64,000 bases of DNA, from the NCBI GenBank assembly GCA_963822945.1, contig CAWGJO010000026.1:96001-160000 (forward strand), written 5' to 3'. Below are positions 42,384 through 52,342 of this stretch, piece after piece. Positions within the stretch are counted from its first letter, which is position 1. Each line of letters opens with the position of its first letter. The notes under the pieces were generated by a model. That model was given only the letters and a program-made list of their open reading frames with translations, was not told where the DNA came from and did no database searches. A program made the translations under genes and the position numbers. Source of the DNA: an uncultured Gemmatimonadaceae bacterium (lineage in GTDB: Bacteria > Gemmatimonadota > Gemmatimonadetes > Gemmatimonadales > Gemmatimonadaceae).

Positions 42384-43565
42384 ATGAAAAAGACAATCCT
42401 TCAGCCGCCGGCAGCCCGGGCCATCGTGCCCGAGCTGTCGCAGACGCGGCATCCCGATATCTGGGTCTACCGCTACAACGACGACGCCACCGGATGGACC
42501 CTCAGCATCGCCACGCACGCCGAGCCGGGCTCCCAGAAGCTCTCGCTCGGCGGTTTTCGTATTGCCCCCGAGTCGCGCGTCAACTCGCCGGGGTTCACCA
42601 CCGACCACGAAGCCATCAGTCTGGCCATGGGCATGGAGGAGAAGGTCCACTGGTCGCGCGTCATCAAGGTGGGCGGCCCGCTCACCCTGCGGAACATCAC
42701 GCGCATCTGCGGCGGCAAGTGCGTGCTCCAGCCCACCCCGGGCGCACGCGTGGGCGAGCCCGGTGACGCGGCGCTGCTCAACTGGGCCGTCGACTGCTTC
42801 AAGGACGTGGAGGCGATCGGCGGGTTCTACCTCACCACGGGACAGGACCTCGGCCACGGCCTCATGGCCGACGGCAAGACGCAGTCGCTCCGGTATCTCA
42901 ACGACCGGTACAAGGGGAGCGTGGTGGCCGACACCTCCAAACCCACGGGGGAAGGGAACTACCAGCTCCTCAAGGGCATGCTGCGGGCGCTCGGCGTCGA
43001 TCTCAAGGACGCGACCGTCGGCCTGGTGGGCGCAGGGCACATCGGCATGTACATGATCGACCGCCTGCGCTCGGACGGTGCGACGCTGCTCGTGGCCGAG
43101 GCGCGCGCCGACCGCCGCCGCGAGTTGGAGGCCGCCGGCATCAAGACCTGGGGCGCCGAAGACGAACATGCCTTCATGGCCCTGCCCATGGACGCCCTGG
43201 TCGTCAACGCCGCCGGCGGCACGCTCGATCCGGAGGCCGTGACGGCCATCTGCGGCAACGCCCGCGTCAAGGTGGTGTGTGGCTCGGAGAACCTCGTGAT
43301 GCCGGAGCCCGGGGACGCCGACCGGTTGCGCGATGCGGGCAAGGTGTACGCCCCCACCGAACTGGGTGGGATGATGGGCTATCTCACGGCGGCCGAGGAG
43401 TACCTGTCGCATCTGGAGCGACAGGCGTTCGACGTGCAGGTGCTGCTCGAGGCGGCGAAGCGCCTCGACACGGCGGGGTTCGAGGCCACGGCCCGCGTGA
43501 AGGCCGGCGGGTTCAAGGAGTCGTTCGAGGACGCGGTGCTGGGGCTGTACGGCGACGTGTCATGA
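42384..43565 (+). CDS. Divergent Glu/Leu/Phe/Val amino-acid dehydrogenase family protein
   Basis: SLGGFRI, LAMGMEEK, GGKCVL, TGQDLG, SKPTGEG, Rossmann GLVGAGHIG, VCGSEN. Confidence 0.75.
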   Translation: MKKTILQPPAARAIVPELSQTRHPDIWVYRYNDDATGWTLSIATHAEPGSQKLSLGGFRIAPESRVNSPGFTTDHEAISLAMGMEEKVHWSRVIKVGGPLTLRNITRICGGKCVLQPTPGARVGEPGDAALLNWAVDCFKDVEAIGGFYLTTGQDLGHGLMADGKTQSLRYLNDRYKGSVVADTSKPTGEGNYQLLKGMLRALGVDLKDATVGLVGAGHIGMYMIDRLRSDGATLLVAEARADRRRELEAAGIKTWGAEDEHAFMALPMDALVVNAAGGTLDPEAVTAICGNARVKVVCGSENLVMPEPGDADRLRDAGKVYAPTELGGMMGYLTAAEEYLSHLERQAFDVQVLLEAAKRLDTAGFEATARVKAGGFKESFEDAVLGLYGDVS

Positions 43566-43600
43566 CGGACTGAGCTCGTCGGGCAGCAGCATGTGCGGCA

Positions 43601-43629
43601 TTGACAGGGGGGCGCCGGCGAGCCACGAT
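43601..43629 (+). promoter_or_regulatory. Putative sigma70-type promoter for the 43655 gene
   Basis: Perfect TTGACA (43601-43606), a 17-nt spacer, and a weak -10 CACGAT (43624-43629). Confidence 0.35.
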
Positions 43630-43654
43630 TGGCGGAGCGACCCACCGGGGACAT

Positions 43655-44455
43655 ATGGAATCGCCAATGGAACACGCCCTGCGCGGCGTCGCGGTGGGCA
43701 CCGCGCTGATGATCGCGGCGTTCGCCCCGATGCCGATGGGGGCGCAGCAGCAACCTCGCGTGCATGGGCACGTCGTCGACGACCGCGGCCAGCCGGTGAC
43801 GAATGCCTACGTGCAGGTGCTACCGGTCGGGCCCGAGGCGATCACCGACCGGGCCGGCGCGTTCGACCTCGGGTCGCTCGACCCTGGGCGCTACCGAGTT
43901 CGGGTCCGGCGGCTCGGGTTCCGCCCGGTGAAGGTCAACCTCGTGGTGCCCATGACGCGGCCCGATCTCACGGTGACGATGGCACCCGTCCCGACGCTCC
44001 TCGATACCGTCCGGGCCCACGCGCTCGAGCAGCAGCTGCCGCGGGTATTCGAACGTCAGCGAGAACACCTTGGCGGGCTGGTATTCGGGCGGGAGTTGAT
44101 GAAGGAACATCCGGGACTGTCCATTGATGAAATTCTGCAGACCGACAGCGCCGTCAATCCCTTCCTGCGAGGATCGGGGTTTCCGGAATGCCACCCCATC
44201 GTGTACATCGACGGCAAGCCTATGCCGCGGCCAATGTTGTCCGGGTCACCTTTCGACCGGATGCGCACGATCATTCCTGACCTCCACATCCGCAACGTGG
44301 TGAATATTCACGATGTGGCGGCAATCGAGGTCTTCCGCTTCGCTGCCGGGAAGATCTACGAGCCGTGGATTGGGCCCGATGCCGGGGAGACCTGCAGCCC
44401 GCTCATTCTCATCTGGATGAAGGGCTACAAGCAGCGTCCGTATAAGGGCCCGTAA
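43655..44455 (+). CDS. Secreted protein: carboxypeptidase-regulatory-like domain plus a TonB plug-like domain, no barrel
   Basis: Signal peptide ending MGAQQ, GHVVDDRGQPV, TDRAGAF, PGRYRVRVRRLGFRP, then CHPIVYIDG...DVAAIEVF...CSPLILIW. Confidence 0.7.
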   Translation: MESPMEHALRGVAVGTALMIAAFAPMPMGAQQQPRVHGHVVDDRGQPVTNAYVQVLPVGPEAITDRAGAFDLGSLDPGRYRVRVRRLGFRPVKVNLVVPMTRPDLTVTMAPVPTLLDTVRAHALEQQLPRVFERQREHLGGLVFGRELMKEHPGLSIDEILQTDSAVNPFLRGSGFPECHPIVYIDGKPMPRPMLSGSPFDRMRTIIPDLHIRNVVNIHDVAAIEVFRFAAGKIYEPWIGPDAGETCSPLILIWMKGYKQRPYKGP

Positions 44456-44462
44456 TCTCCCG

Positions 44463-45248
44463 CTACTTCCGCTTGAACTTCGCGATCGCCTTTCGCGTGA
44501 ACTCCGAGAGCACGAGCGTTCCGCTCATCTCCGCGCGCTCCGTGAGCAGCAGATCCCACTCCTCGGTCCCGGCCCAGAACACCTGCTTGAGCTGCCCCAT
44601 CGCTTCCGGGTTGGACTTGGCGAGTGTAGCGGCGAGCGCGTCGATCGCGTCGTCCAACTCCGACGGATCGTGGTAGATGCGTGAGTAGAGCCCGTGCCGC
44701 TCGCACCAGGCGGCGTCACGCCAGTCGGCGTCGACCGCCATCGCACTGAACGCGGCGAGCCCGATCTTGCGCTCGATGGCCGGACCCACCACGAACGGGC
44801 CGATCCCCACCGCCAGCTCGCTCAGCTTGGCCGACGCCGCGCCCACGGCCATGCTGAAGTCCGACGCCGCGACGAGCCCCACGCCGCCGCCGGCGACCTT
44901 GCCGTGCACGCGTGTCACGATGAACTTCGGCGCCCGGATCATCGCCAGCACCACGTGCGCGAATCCACTGAAGAATTCCTTGCCGACCTCCGGATCGTCG
45001 ATGGCCGCCAGCTCGTCGAACGAGGCGCCGGCGCAGAACGCGCCCGTGCCCTCGCTTCGCAATACGATCACCCGTGCCTTGGGGTCCGCGCCGGCGGCGC
45101 CAATCTGCGCCGCCAGCAGCTTCAGCAGCGAGCCGGGCATCGAGTTGCCCTTGGGGTGACCGAAGGTGACGGTCGCGATGCCGTCGGCGATCTCCATCAT
45201 CACGTCGCCGGAAGTCCCCACGGCGCTGTTGGTTCGGTGGGTCGTCAC
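44463..45248 (-). CDS. Enoyl-CoA hydratase/isomerase (crotonase; possible PaaF-equivalent)
   Basis: GTG start with [46 protein letters not shown]. Confidence 0.88.
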   Translation of the reverse strand: MTTHRTNSAVGTSGDVMMEIADGIATVTFGHPKGNSMPGSLLKLLAAQIGAAGADPKARVIVLRSEGTGAFCAGASFDELAAIDDPEVGKEFFSGFAHVVLAMIRAPKFIVTRVHGKVAGGGVGLVAASDFSMAVGAASAKLSELAVGIGPFVVGPAIERKIGLAAFSAMAVDADWRDAAWCERHGLYSRIYHDPSELDDAIDALAATLAKSNPEAMGQLKQVFWAGTEEWDLLLTERAEMSGTLVLSEFTRKAIAKFKRK

Positions 45249-45390
45249 GCCAGATACCCTCCTCCTTCGATTGTCCAATGTCAAGGCGTCCAGTAGATTC
45301 AAGTTAAACGCGGCCAATCGTTTGGGGGCTATCGGGCTTCGCCCGACGGCCCGTCCGACCCGTCTCGCCCCGTACTCGTCGGAGTGTTGC

Positions 45391-46359
45391 ATGGAGCAGA
45401 AACCGCAGGCCACCCCCGAGGATCCCGCCAAGCTCGCCGAATTCCAGGCGCGCATCGATGCCGGGGAGTCCATCGAGCCCAAGGACTGGATGCCCGAGCG
45501 CTACCGCCGGCAGCTCGTGCGCATGATGTCGCAGCACGCGCACTCGGAGATCGTCGGTATGCTGCCCGAGGGCAACTGGATCACGCGCGCCCCGAGCCTG
45601 CGCCGCAAGATGTCGCTCATCGCCAAGGTGCAGGACGAAGCGGGGCACGGCCTCTACATCTACTGCGGCACCGAGACGCTGGGCGTCGACCGCGCGGAGC
45701 TGGTGGACCAGCTGCTGGACGGCCGCGCCAAGTACTCCAGCATCTTCAACTATCCCACGCTCTCCTGGGCCGACATGGGCGTGATCGGCTGGCTCGTGGA
45801 CGGCGCCGCCATCGTGAACCAGACCGTGCTGGCCAAGGCATCCTACGGCCCGTACGCCCGTGCCATGATCCGCATCTGCAAGGAAGAGAACTTCCACAAA
45901 CGGCAGGGCTACGAGATCGTCGCCACCCTGGCCAACGGCACTCCCGCGCAGAAGGCGATGGTTCAGGATTCCGTCAATCGCTGGTGGTGGCCCTCGCTCA
46001 TGATGTTCGGCCCCAGCGACAAGGACTCGCCCAACTCGGCGGAGTTGCTGCGCTGGAAGGTGAAGCACAAGACGAACGACGAGCTGCGCCAGCGGTTCGT
46101 GAATCTCACGGTGCCGCAGGCCATTGCCGTCAACCTCACGCTTCCCGATCCCGATCTCACGTATAATGAGGAGACCAAGGACTGGGAATTCGGGGAGATC
46201 GACTGGGCCGAGTTCTACCGGGTGATCAAGGGCAATGGGCCGTGCAACCGCGAGCGGCTCCAGGCCCGCCAAGATGCCCACGAGAACGGCCGCTGGGTGC
46301 GCGATGCCGCCGCGGCATATGCGGCCAAGCATCACGCGACTTCCACCGCCGCCGCCTGA
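45391..46359 (+). CDS. paaA: Phenylacetyl-CoA epoxidase subunit A
   Basis: [72 protein letters not shown]. Confidence 0.97.
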   Translation: MEQKPQATPEDPAKLAEFQARIDAGESIEPKDWMPERYRRQLVRMMSQHAHSEIVGMLPEGNWITRAPSLRRKMSLIAKVQDEAGHGLYIYCGTETLGVDRAELVDQLLDGRAKYSSIFNYPTLSWADMGVIGWLVDGAAIVNQTVLAKASYGPYARAMIRICKEENFHKRQGYEIVATLANGTPAQKAMVQDSVNRWWWPSLMMFGPSDKDSPNSAELLRWKVKHKTNDELRQRFVNLTVPQAIAVNLTLPDPDLTYNEETKDWEFGEIDWAEFYRVIKGNGPCNRERLQARQDAHENGRWVRDAAAAYAAKHHATSTAAA

Positions 46360-46371
46360 CCACGGACTCCA

Positions 46372-46686
46372 ATGGCCAACGAATCCAGGACCGCGCCGAC
46401 CGACGACACCCAGTGGCCCCTCTGGGAAGTGTTCACGCAGAGCAAGCAGGGCGCGCCGCACGAGCACGCGGGGAGCGTGCACGCGGCCGACGCCGAACAG
46501 GCGCTCCAGAACGCGCGCGACGTCTACGCGCGCCGCGGAGAGGCGATCAGCCTCTGGGTCGTGCCCTCCGACGCGATCGTCGCGTCGACGCCCGGCGACG
46601 CGGGCCCGTTCTTCGATCCCGGCAACGACAAGGCCTACCGGCACCCGCAGTTCTACAAGGTGCCGCGCGGGGTGCGCGGGCTGTGA
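46372..46686 (+). CDS. paaB: Phenylacetyl-CoA epoxidase subunit B
   Basis: WPLWEVF, HAGSVHAAD, ARDVYARR, SLWVV, DKAYRHPQFY. Confidence 0.96.
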   Translation: MANESRTAPTDDTQWPLWEVFTQSKQGAPHEHAGSVHAADAEQALQNARDVYARRGEAISLWVVPSDAIVASTPGDAGPFFDPGNDKAYRHPQFYKVPRGVRGL

Positions 46687-47474
46687 CCGCACCCAACGTT
46701 GCCGCGCCTCGTGAGACGCCCGTCGCCAATCCGCTCTTCGAATACGTCCTGCGGATCGCCGACGACCGGCTGGTCCTCGGCCATCGCCTGTCCGAATGGT
46801 GTGGGCACGGTCCGATCCTCGAAGAGGACATCGCGCTCTCCAACGTCGCGCTCGATCTCGTGGGACAGGCGTCGGCGCTGCTCGCGCTGGCCGGGCGCGT
46901 GGAGGGGAAGGGACGGGACGAGGATGCGCTCGCCTACTTCCGCGACGAACGTGAGTTCCGCAATGCTCTGCTGGTCGAACAGCCGAACGGCGACTTCGCC
47001 GATACGATCGTCCGCCAGTTCCTCTTCGACGCCTGGAGCGTGCTCTACCTCGATGCGCTCAGGACATGCGGGCATGCGGAGCTCGCGGCGCTCGCCGCCA
47101 AGTCGCTCAAGGAGGACACGTATCACCTGCGCCACAGCAGCGAGTGGGTGCTGCGGCTGGGCGACGGCACCGGCGAGAGTCACGCGCGGGCGCAGCGCGC
47201 GCTCGACGGCCTGTGGCGCTTCTCCGGCGAGTTGTTCGCGTCCGACGCGATCGACGAGGCCGTCGCTGCCCAGGGTATCCGCATCGATCACGCCGGCATT
47301 AATGCCCGATGGAACGAGATGGTGGCCGATGTCGTCAGGCGGGCCACGCTGACCCTGCCGGCCGAGCAGTCGATGGCGGACGGCGGGCGCCGCGGCCGGC
47401 ACTCGGAGCATCTGGGCCATATGCTGGCCGAGATGCAGATCGTGGCCCGGTCGCACCCCGGAGCCACCTGGTGA
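46683..47474 (+). CDS. paaC: Phenylacetyl-CoA epoxidase subunit C
   Basis: LGHRLSEWCGHGPILEEDIAL, EQPNGDFA, KEDTYH, WVLRLGDGT, HSEHLGHMLAEMQ. GTGA overlap with paaB. Confidence 0.95.
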   Translation: MTAPNVAAPRETPVANPLFEYVLRIADDRLVLGHRLSEWCGHGPILEEDIALSNVALDLVGQASALLALAGRVEGKGRDEDALAYFRDEREFRNALLVEQPNGDFADTIVRQFLFDAWSVLYLDALRTCGHAELAALAAKSLKEDTYHLRHSSEWVLRLGDGTGESHARAQRALDGLWRFSGELFASDAIDEAVAAQGIRIDHAGINARWNEMVADVVRRATLTLPAEQSMADGGRRGRHSEHLGHMLAEMQIVARSHPGATW

Positions 47475-47971
47475 ACGCGGCCCGCCCGGCCCGCGACGAC
47501 GTGCTGCGGATCCTCGGCGAGGTGATGGACCCCGAGGTGCCCGTGCTCAGCGTCGTGGAACTCGGCATCATCCGCGACGTGGACGTCACCGGCGACCGGG
47601 TGCAGATCACCATCACGCCCACGTACTCCGGTTGTCCGGCCATGCGCACCATGGAGCAGGACATGCGCGCCGCGCTCGCTGGGCATGGGATCGGCAACGT
47701 CGAATTCCAGACCGTGTACTCGCCGGCCTGGACCAGCGACTGGATTCCCGCCGAGGCCAAGGAGAAGCTCCGCCGCTTCGGCATCGCGCCGCCCGCACCT
47801 GCGGAGCAGGGGGACTCATCACCCTCACCAGGCGCCAGGCGCCGGTCGCCTGTCCGTACTGCGGCTCCACGAATACCGAGCGCCGCAGCGAATTCGGGTC
47901 GACGGCGTGCAAGGCGATCCACTTTCTGCAACGCCTGCCACCAGCCGTTCGACGAATTCAAGCCGTTCTAG
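47471..47971 (+). CDS. paaD: Phenylacetyl-CoA epoxidase subunit D (DUF59 + Cys motif); two compensating frameshifts (~47810, ~47924)
   Basis: DPEVPVLSVVELGIIR, ITPTYSGCPAM, PAWTSDWI. The conserved CPYCGS...SEFGSTACKA segment is in another frame between the two indels, then CNACHQPFDEFKPF. Confidence 0.92.
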   Translation: MNAARPARDDVLRILGEVMDPEVPVLSVVELGIIRDVDVTGDRVQITITPTYSGCPAMRTMEQDMRAALAGHGIGNVEFQTVYSPAWTSDWIPAEAKEKLRRFGIAPPAPAEQGDSSPSPGARRRSPVRTAAPRIPSAAANSGRRRARRSTFCNACHQPFDEFKPF

Positions 47972-48057
47972 GGCGAGATCTCGGCGCGGCCGTTTCACCA
48001 CAGAGCACACAGACCACGCAGAAACGGCAACTGCCGGAACTGCGATGGAACCGAGCG

Positions 48058-50193
48058 CTACACGGCGAGCAGCTGCTCGATGCGCGCCGCGATCGTCGCG
48101 GCGCTGGGCAGCACGGCGTTCAGCAGCACGGGGTGGTAGGGCATGGGAACGTCCCCGACGGTCAGCCGATCCACCGGGGCATCCAGATACCAGAACGCTT
48201 CCCGGGCTACCGTCGCCGCGATCTCGGCGCCGAAGCCGGCGGTCTGTGTGTCCTCATGCACGATCAGGCACCGGCCCGTACGCTGCACCGACTCCAACAC
48301 GGCCTCGCGATCCCACGGCGCGATCGTTCGGAGGTCGAGCAGGTCCACGCCGGTGGCCGCCCCCAGCTGGTCGGCGGCGTCGATGCACCGCAGCGCCATC
48401 GCGCCCCAACTCACCACCGTGATCCGGTCTCCCTGCCGCACCCGGCTGGCCTTGCCGAACGGAATCACGTAGTCGTCGCCCGGATAGCGGGCGCTTCCGT
48501 CGCTCGTCATGAGCAGCGACCGGTGCTCGAAGAAGATCGTCGGGTTGCGTCCCCGCATGGCGGACCGCAGGAGCCCCACGGCATCGGCGGCATTCGACGG
48601 CATCGCCAGCTGCCACCCGATGGCGTGCGCGAACCGCACCTCGTCGCTCAGGCTGTGCCACGGGTCGCCCACGTCCTTGCCGAATCCCCCCGGCATCCGG
48701 ACCACGATCGGCGCCGCGAACTGGTTGTTCGTCCGCCACCGCATGGTGCCGCAGTTGTTGAGCTGCTCCGTGGCAGGGTCGGCGTACTTGCGGAACTGGA
48801 TCTCGGCCACCGGCATCAATCCCGCCACCGCCATGCCGACGGCGCGGCCGATGATCCCCTCCTCCGACAGGCTGGTGTCGAAGACGCGCTCGGCTCCGAA
48901 CTTCTTCTGGAGCCCTTCGGTGACCAGGTGCACGCCGCCCTTGCGCCCCACATCCTCGCCGAACACCAGCACCTTGGGATTCCGCCCCAGCTCCGTGCGC
49001 AGTGTGCGGCGCACCGCCTCGGCCAGCCGCAGCATGTCGCCGTCCGCGGCCGGCGTCTCGCCGCCGTCCAGCGCCGCGAGTTCCGCGTCGGTGAGCCCAC
49101 CGATCGTTTCCGCGTCGCCGGCCGCACGCGGCTCGGCGTACAGGAACCGCTTCACCGTTGCCGCCTCGGGCGCGGGACGCGCCCGCGCACCCTGAAGCGC
49201 CTTGTCCACGTCGCGGGCGACCTCGGCCTCCAACTCCGCCCAGTCGGCCTTGGACATGAACGCCGGCACGAGATAGTCGCGCAGCCGCGGCAGCGGATCG
49301 CGCTTGGCGTCGGCGGCGATCTCGGCCGCCGTACGGTAGCCCTTCTGATTGTCGGGTCCGGAGTGACTGCACAGGCGCGGGACGGTCAGCCGGATCAGCG
49401 CCGGTCCCTTGCCGGCCCGCACGTGATCCACCACTTCCTTGAGCAGGCGCGACGCCTGGTCGGGGTCGGTGCCGTCGCCGTCGCGAATGAACAGATTCCC
49501 GAACGACGCCAGATTGGCCGCGATGTCGCTGCCGGGCGTCTGCATGTCACTGGTGACCGAGATGCCCAGGCCGTTGTCCTCGATGTAGAAGAGCATCGGG
49601 AGCTTGAGCGTCGTCGCCATCGTGAGCGCCGACCAGAAGCCATTGGTCGCCACCGACGCCTCGCCGCCCAGCGCCACGCTCATCGAGCCGGCGTAGGACT
49701 CGTCCTCCAGCGTGTCGCGGTAATAGGTGATGGCCTGCGCCCACCCGGCGGATGGCGTGTACTGCGAGCCCACGTCGCCCGACATCGGCAGTACGATCAC
49801 GCCGTCGCGCCGCGGCAGGTTGCACACCACGCCGATGTCGCGGCCATCGCTGAAGCCGCCCGAGCGGCCCAGCGGACTGGCCAGCGCATCCTCGATGCTC
49901 AGACCGACCGACAGGAGCAGGGGCCGCGACCGGTAGTACGCCCCCGCCGCGTCGTGCCGCCCCGTGAGCAGCGAGCCAAGGATCGCCTGCGCCATGTCGT
50001 GCCCCCGCGCCGAGAACTGGTAGAGCACCAGATGGTCCTTCGGCACCGACGCGCGGTTCTTGTTGGTGGTCTCCTCCGCGTCGTCCAGCGCACGCGAGAC
50101 GAGCGTGTGATAGGCGATCCGGCGCCAGTCGAAGGCGGCGTTCACGGCCGCGGAGCGGCGGGCGGGCGACTTGGAGGGCGACTTCCTGGGCAT
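48058..50193 (-). CDS. 2-oxoacid dehydrogenase E1, fused alpha+beta subunits (TPP-dependent)
   Basis: Alpha part: SARGHD, YYRSRP, GEAS...EDNG, CSHS. Beta part: FGEDVG, RVFDTSLSEEGIIG, EIQF, HS, DLRTIAPWD, VHED. Confidence 0.92.
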   Translation of the reverse strand: MPRKSPSKSPARRSAAVNAAFDWRRIAYHTLVSRALDDAEETTNKNRASVPKDHLVLYQFSARGHDMAQAILGSLLTGRHDAAGAYYRSRPLLLSVGLSIEDALASPLGRSGGFSDGRDIGVVCNLPRRDGVIVLPMSGDVGSQYTPSAGWAQAITYYRDTLEDESYAGSMSVALGGEASVATNGFWSALTMATTLKLPMLFYIEDNGLGISVTSDMQTPGSDIAANLASFGNLFIRDGDGTDPDQASRLLKEVVDHVRAGKGPALIRLTVPRLCSHSGPDNQKGYRTAAEIAADAKRDPLPRLRDYLVPAFMSKADWAELEAEVARDVDKALQGARARPAPEAATVKRFLYAEPRAAGDAETIGGLTDAELAALDGGETPAADGDMLRLAEAVRRTLRTELGRNPKVLVFGEDVGRKGGVHLVTEGLQKKFGAERVFDTSLSEEGIIGRAVGMAVAGLMPVAEIQFRKYADPATEQLNNCGTMRWRTNNQFAAPIVVRMPGGFGKDVGDPWHSLSDEVRFAHAIGWQLAMPSNAADAVGLLRSAMRGRNPTIFFEHRSLLMTSDGSARYPGDDYVIPFGKASRVRQGDRITVVSWGAMALRCIDAADQLGAATGVDLLDLRTIAPWDREAVLESVQRTGRCLIVHEDTQTAGFGAEIAATVAREAFWYLDAPVDRLTVGDVPMPYHPVLLNAVLPSAATIAARIEQLLAV

Positions 50194-50363
50194 CGTACCT
50201 CGACCATTGACGGCACGGGATGAGATCGGGACGCGGGGCCCCGCGGAATTCCGCTCTGCAATCTGGCCACGGGGCCGCCGGAATGGGAGAGTCGGGTGCG
50301 CGGCAACCCCCGAATCGCGTATCTTTCCCGTCGCTGGCGCACCCCCGAGTCGCGAGGACGTGA

Positions 50364-51152
50364 ATGGCCTACCAGTTCATCACCTGCACGCTCTCTGAAG
50401 GCGTGGCGACGATCACCCTCGATCGCCCCGACGTGCTCAACAGCTTCAACCGTGCCATGGCCTCCGAGCTGCAACTCACGCTCGGGGCGCTGGCCAGGGA
50501 TCCTGCCGTCCGGGCCATCCTGCTCACCGGCAACGGCCGGGCGTTCTGCGCGGGCCAGGATCTCAGCGAAGCCGTGCCCGCCGATGCGCCGCTCCCCGAT
50601 CTCGGCGACATCGTGCACGCCAGCTACAATCCGATCGTGCGTCTGATCCGGAGCATCGAGAAGCCGGTGGTGTGCGCCGTGAACGGCGTCGCCGCCGGCG
50701 CCGGAGCCAACCTCGCGCTGGCCTGCGACATCCTCATCGCCGCCGAAGAGGCGTCGTTCATCCAGAGCTTCGCCAAGATCGGACTCATTCCGGACACGGG
50801 GGGCACGTTCTTCCTGCCGCGCCTCGTGGGTCTGCACCGCGCCACGGCGATGATGATGCTCGGTGAGAAGGTCTCGGCTGCCCGGGCGCGCGAGTTGGGT
50901 ATCGTGCACGACGTGGTTCCGCACTCCGTGCTGCAGGACACGGCGTTTGCCTTGGCCCGGTCGCTCGCTTCGCAGGCCACGCGCGGATTCGGACTCACCA
51001 AGCGCGCGCTCAACCGTTCGCTGGGCGCCGACCTGGACTCGCAACTCGAGTTCGAAGAGGAACTCCAGCGCGAGGCCGGAAACACGCACGACTATCAGGA
51101 AGGCGTCCGCGCCTTTCTCGAGAAGCGCAAACCCAACTTCACGGGTCAGTGA
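50364..51152 (+). CDS. paaG: 1,2-epoxyphenylacetyl-CoA isomerase
   Basis: LDRPDVLNSF, GRAFCAGQDL, YNPIV, VNGVAAGAGANLALACD, GLIPDTGGT. Confidence 0.92.
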   Translation: MAYQFITCTLSEGVATITLDRPDVLNSFNRAMASELQLTLGALARDPAVRAILLTGNGRAFCAGQDLSEAVPADAPLPDLGDIVHASYNPIVRLIRSIEKPVVCAVNGVAAGAGANLALACDILIAAEEASFIQSFAKIGLIPDTGGTFFLPRLVGLHRATAMMMLGEKVSAARARELGIVHDVVPHSVLQDTAFALARSLASQATRGFGLTKRALNRSLGADLDSQLEFEEELQREAGNTHDYQEGVRAFLEKRKPNFTGQ

Positions 51153-52342
51153 TGCCACTCCGCTCCGATACGGTGGTCGGCGTCGTCGGCGCCGGCACCA
51201 TGGGCGCCGGGATCGCCCAACTGGCGGCCACGTGCGGCCACCGCGTCGTGCTCTCCGATGCCATGCCCGAGGCCATCGATCGGGCAAGGGCCGGCGTCTC
51301 GGCGTCGCTCGCGCGGCGCGTGGCGAAGGGGAAGCTCGCGCGCGAGGACGCGGATGCTGCGGCGGCGCGCATCACGTACGTCACGGGGAGCGGAGCCGGT
51401 GCGTGGGCGCCGTTCGCCGAGTGCGGCGTCGTGGTCGAAGCCGTGGTCGAGGATCTGGCGCTCAAGAAGACCGTGCTCGCGGCGCTCGAACGGGTGGTGA
51501 AACCCGATGCCGTCCTCGCCACGAACACCTCGTCGCTTCCCGTGGCCGCGCTCGGCGCGGCATGCAGGACGCCAGGGCGCGTGGTCGGGATCCACTTCTT
51601 CAACCCGGCGCCGGTGATGCCGCTGGTGGAGATCGTGGGCGCGCTCACGACCGACGCCGCGGTGACCGAGGCGGCACGCGCGTTCATTGCGGCGTGGGGA
51701 AAGACGACCGTCCTCGCCGCCGACACGCCCGGATTCATCGTCAATCGCGTGGCGCGCCCATTCTACGGCGAGTCGCTCCGCATTGCCGAAGAGGGCCTCG
51801 CCGATTTCGCCACGATCGATTGGGCGATGCGCGAGATCGGTGGGTTCCGGATGGGCCCGTTCGAACTCATGGACTTCATCGGTAACGATGTGAACTACGC
51901 GGTCACCTGCTCGGTGTTCGAAGCCATGTACTACGATGCCCGCTACCGGCCGGCGCTCACGCAGCGGCGGCTGGTCGAGGCGGGGTTGCTGGGGCGCAAG
52001 GCAGGGCGCGGCTACTACGACTATCGCGACGGCGCGGAGCGGCCGGCGCCTGTGCAGGACCAGGCGCTGGGCAAGCGCATCGTGGACCGGGTGCTCGCCA
52101 TGTTGATCAATGAGGCCGTTGACGCGCTCTATCTGCGCGTCGCGTCGGCGGCCGACATCGACCTCGCGATGACGACCGGGGTCAACTACCCCAAGGGGCT
52201 CCTGGAGTGGGGCGACGAACTCGGCGTGCGCACCGTGCTGCACCGCATCACGGCGCTCCAGGAGGAGTATGGCGAGGACCGCTATCGCCCCAGCCCGTTG
52301 CTCCGGCGGCTGGCCAAGGAAGCGCGGAGAATCCTCGCGTGA
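51152..52342 (+). CDS. paaH: 3-hydroxyadipyl-CoA / 3-hydroxyacyl-CoA dehydrogenase
   Basis: VGAGTMGAGIA, EAVVEDL, ATNTSSL, IHFFNPAP, PGFIVNR, MGPFELMD. Alternative GTG at 51149. Confidence 0.92.
   Translation: MPLRSDTVVGVVGAGTMGAGIAQLAATCGHRVVLSDAMPEAIDRARAGVSASLARRVAKGKLAREDADAAAARITYVTGSGAGAWAPFAECGVVVEAVVEDLALKKTVLAALERVVKPDAVLATNTSSLPVAALGAACRTPGRVVGIHFFNPAPVMPLVEIVGALTTDAAVTEAARAFIAAWGKTTVLAADTPGFIVNRVARPFYGESLRIAEEGLADFATIDWAMREIGGFRMGPFELMDFIGNDVNYAVTCSVFEAMYYDARYRPALTQRRLVEAGLLGRKAGRGYYDYRDGAERPAPVQDQALGKRIVDRVLAMLINEAVDALYLRVASAADIDLAMTTGVNYPKGLLEWGDELGVRTVLHRITALQEEYGEDRYRPSPLLRRLAKEARRILA

Noticed and set aside
45249..45390. PaaR/PaaX operator in the crotonase-paaA divergent spacer
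   Set aside because: Only weak, imperfect palindromes (e.g. AAACG-N8-CGTTT) are visible, and no regulator gene is in the window.
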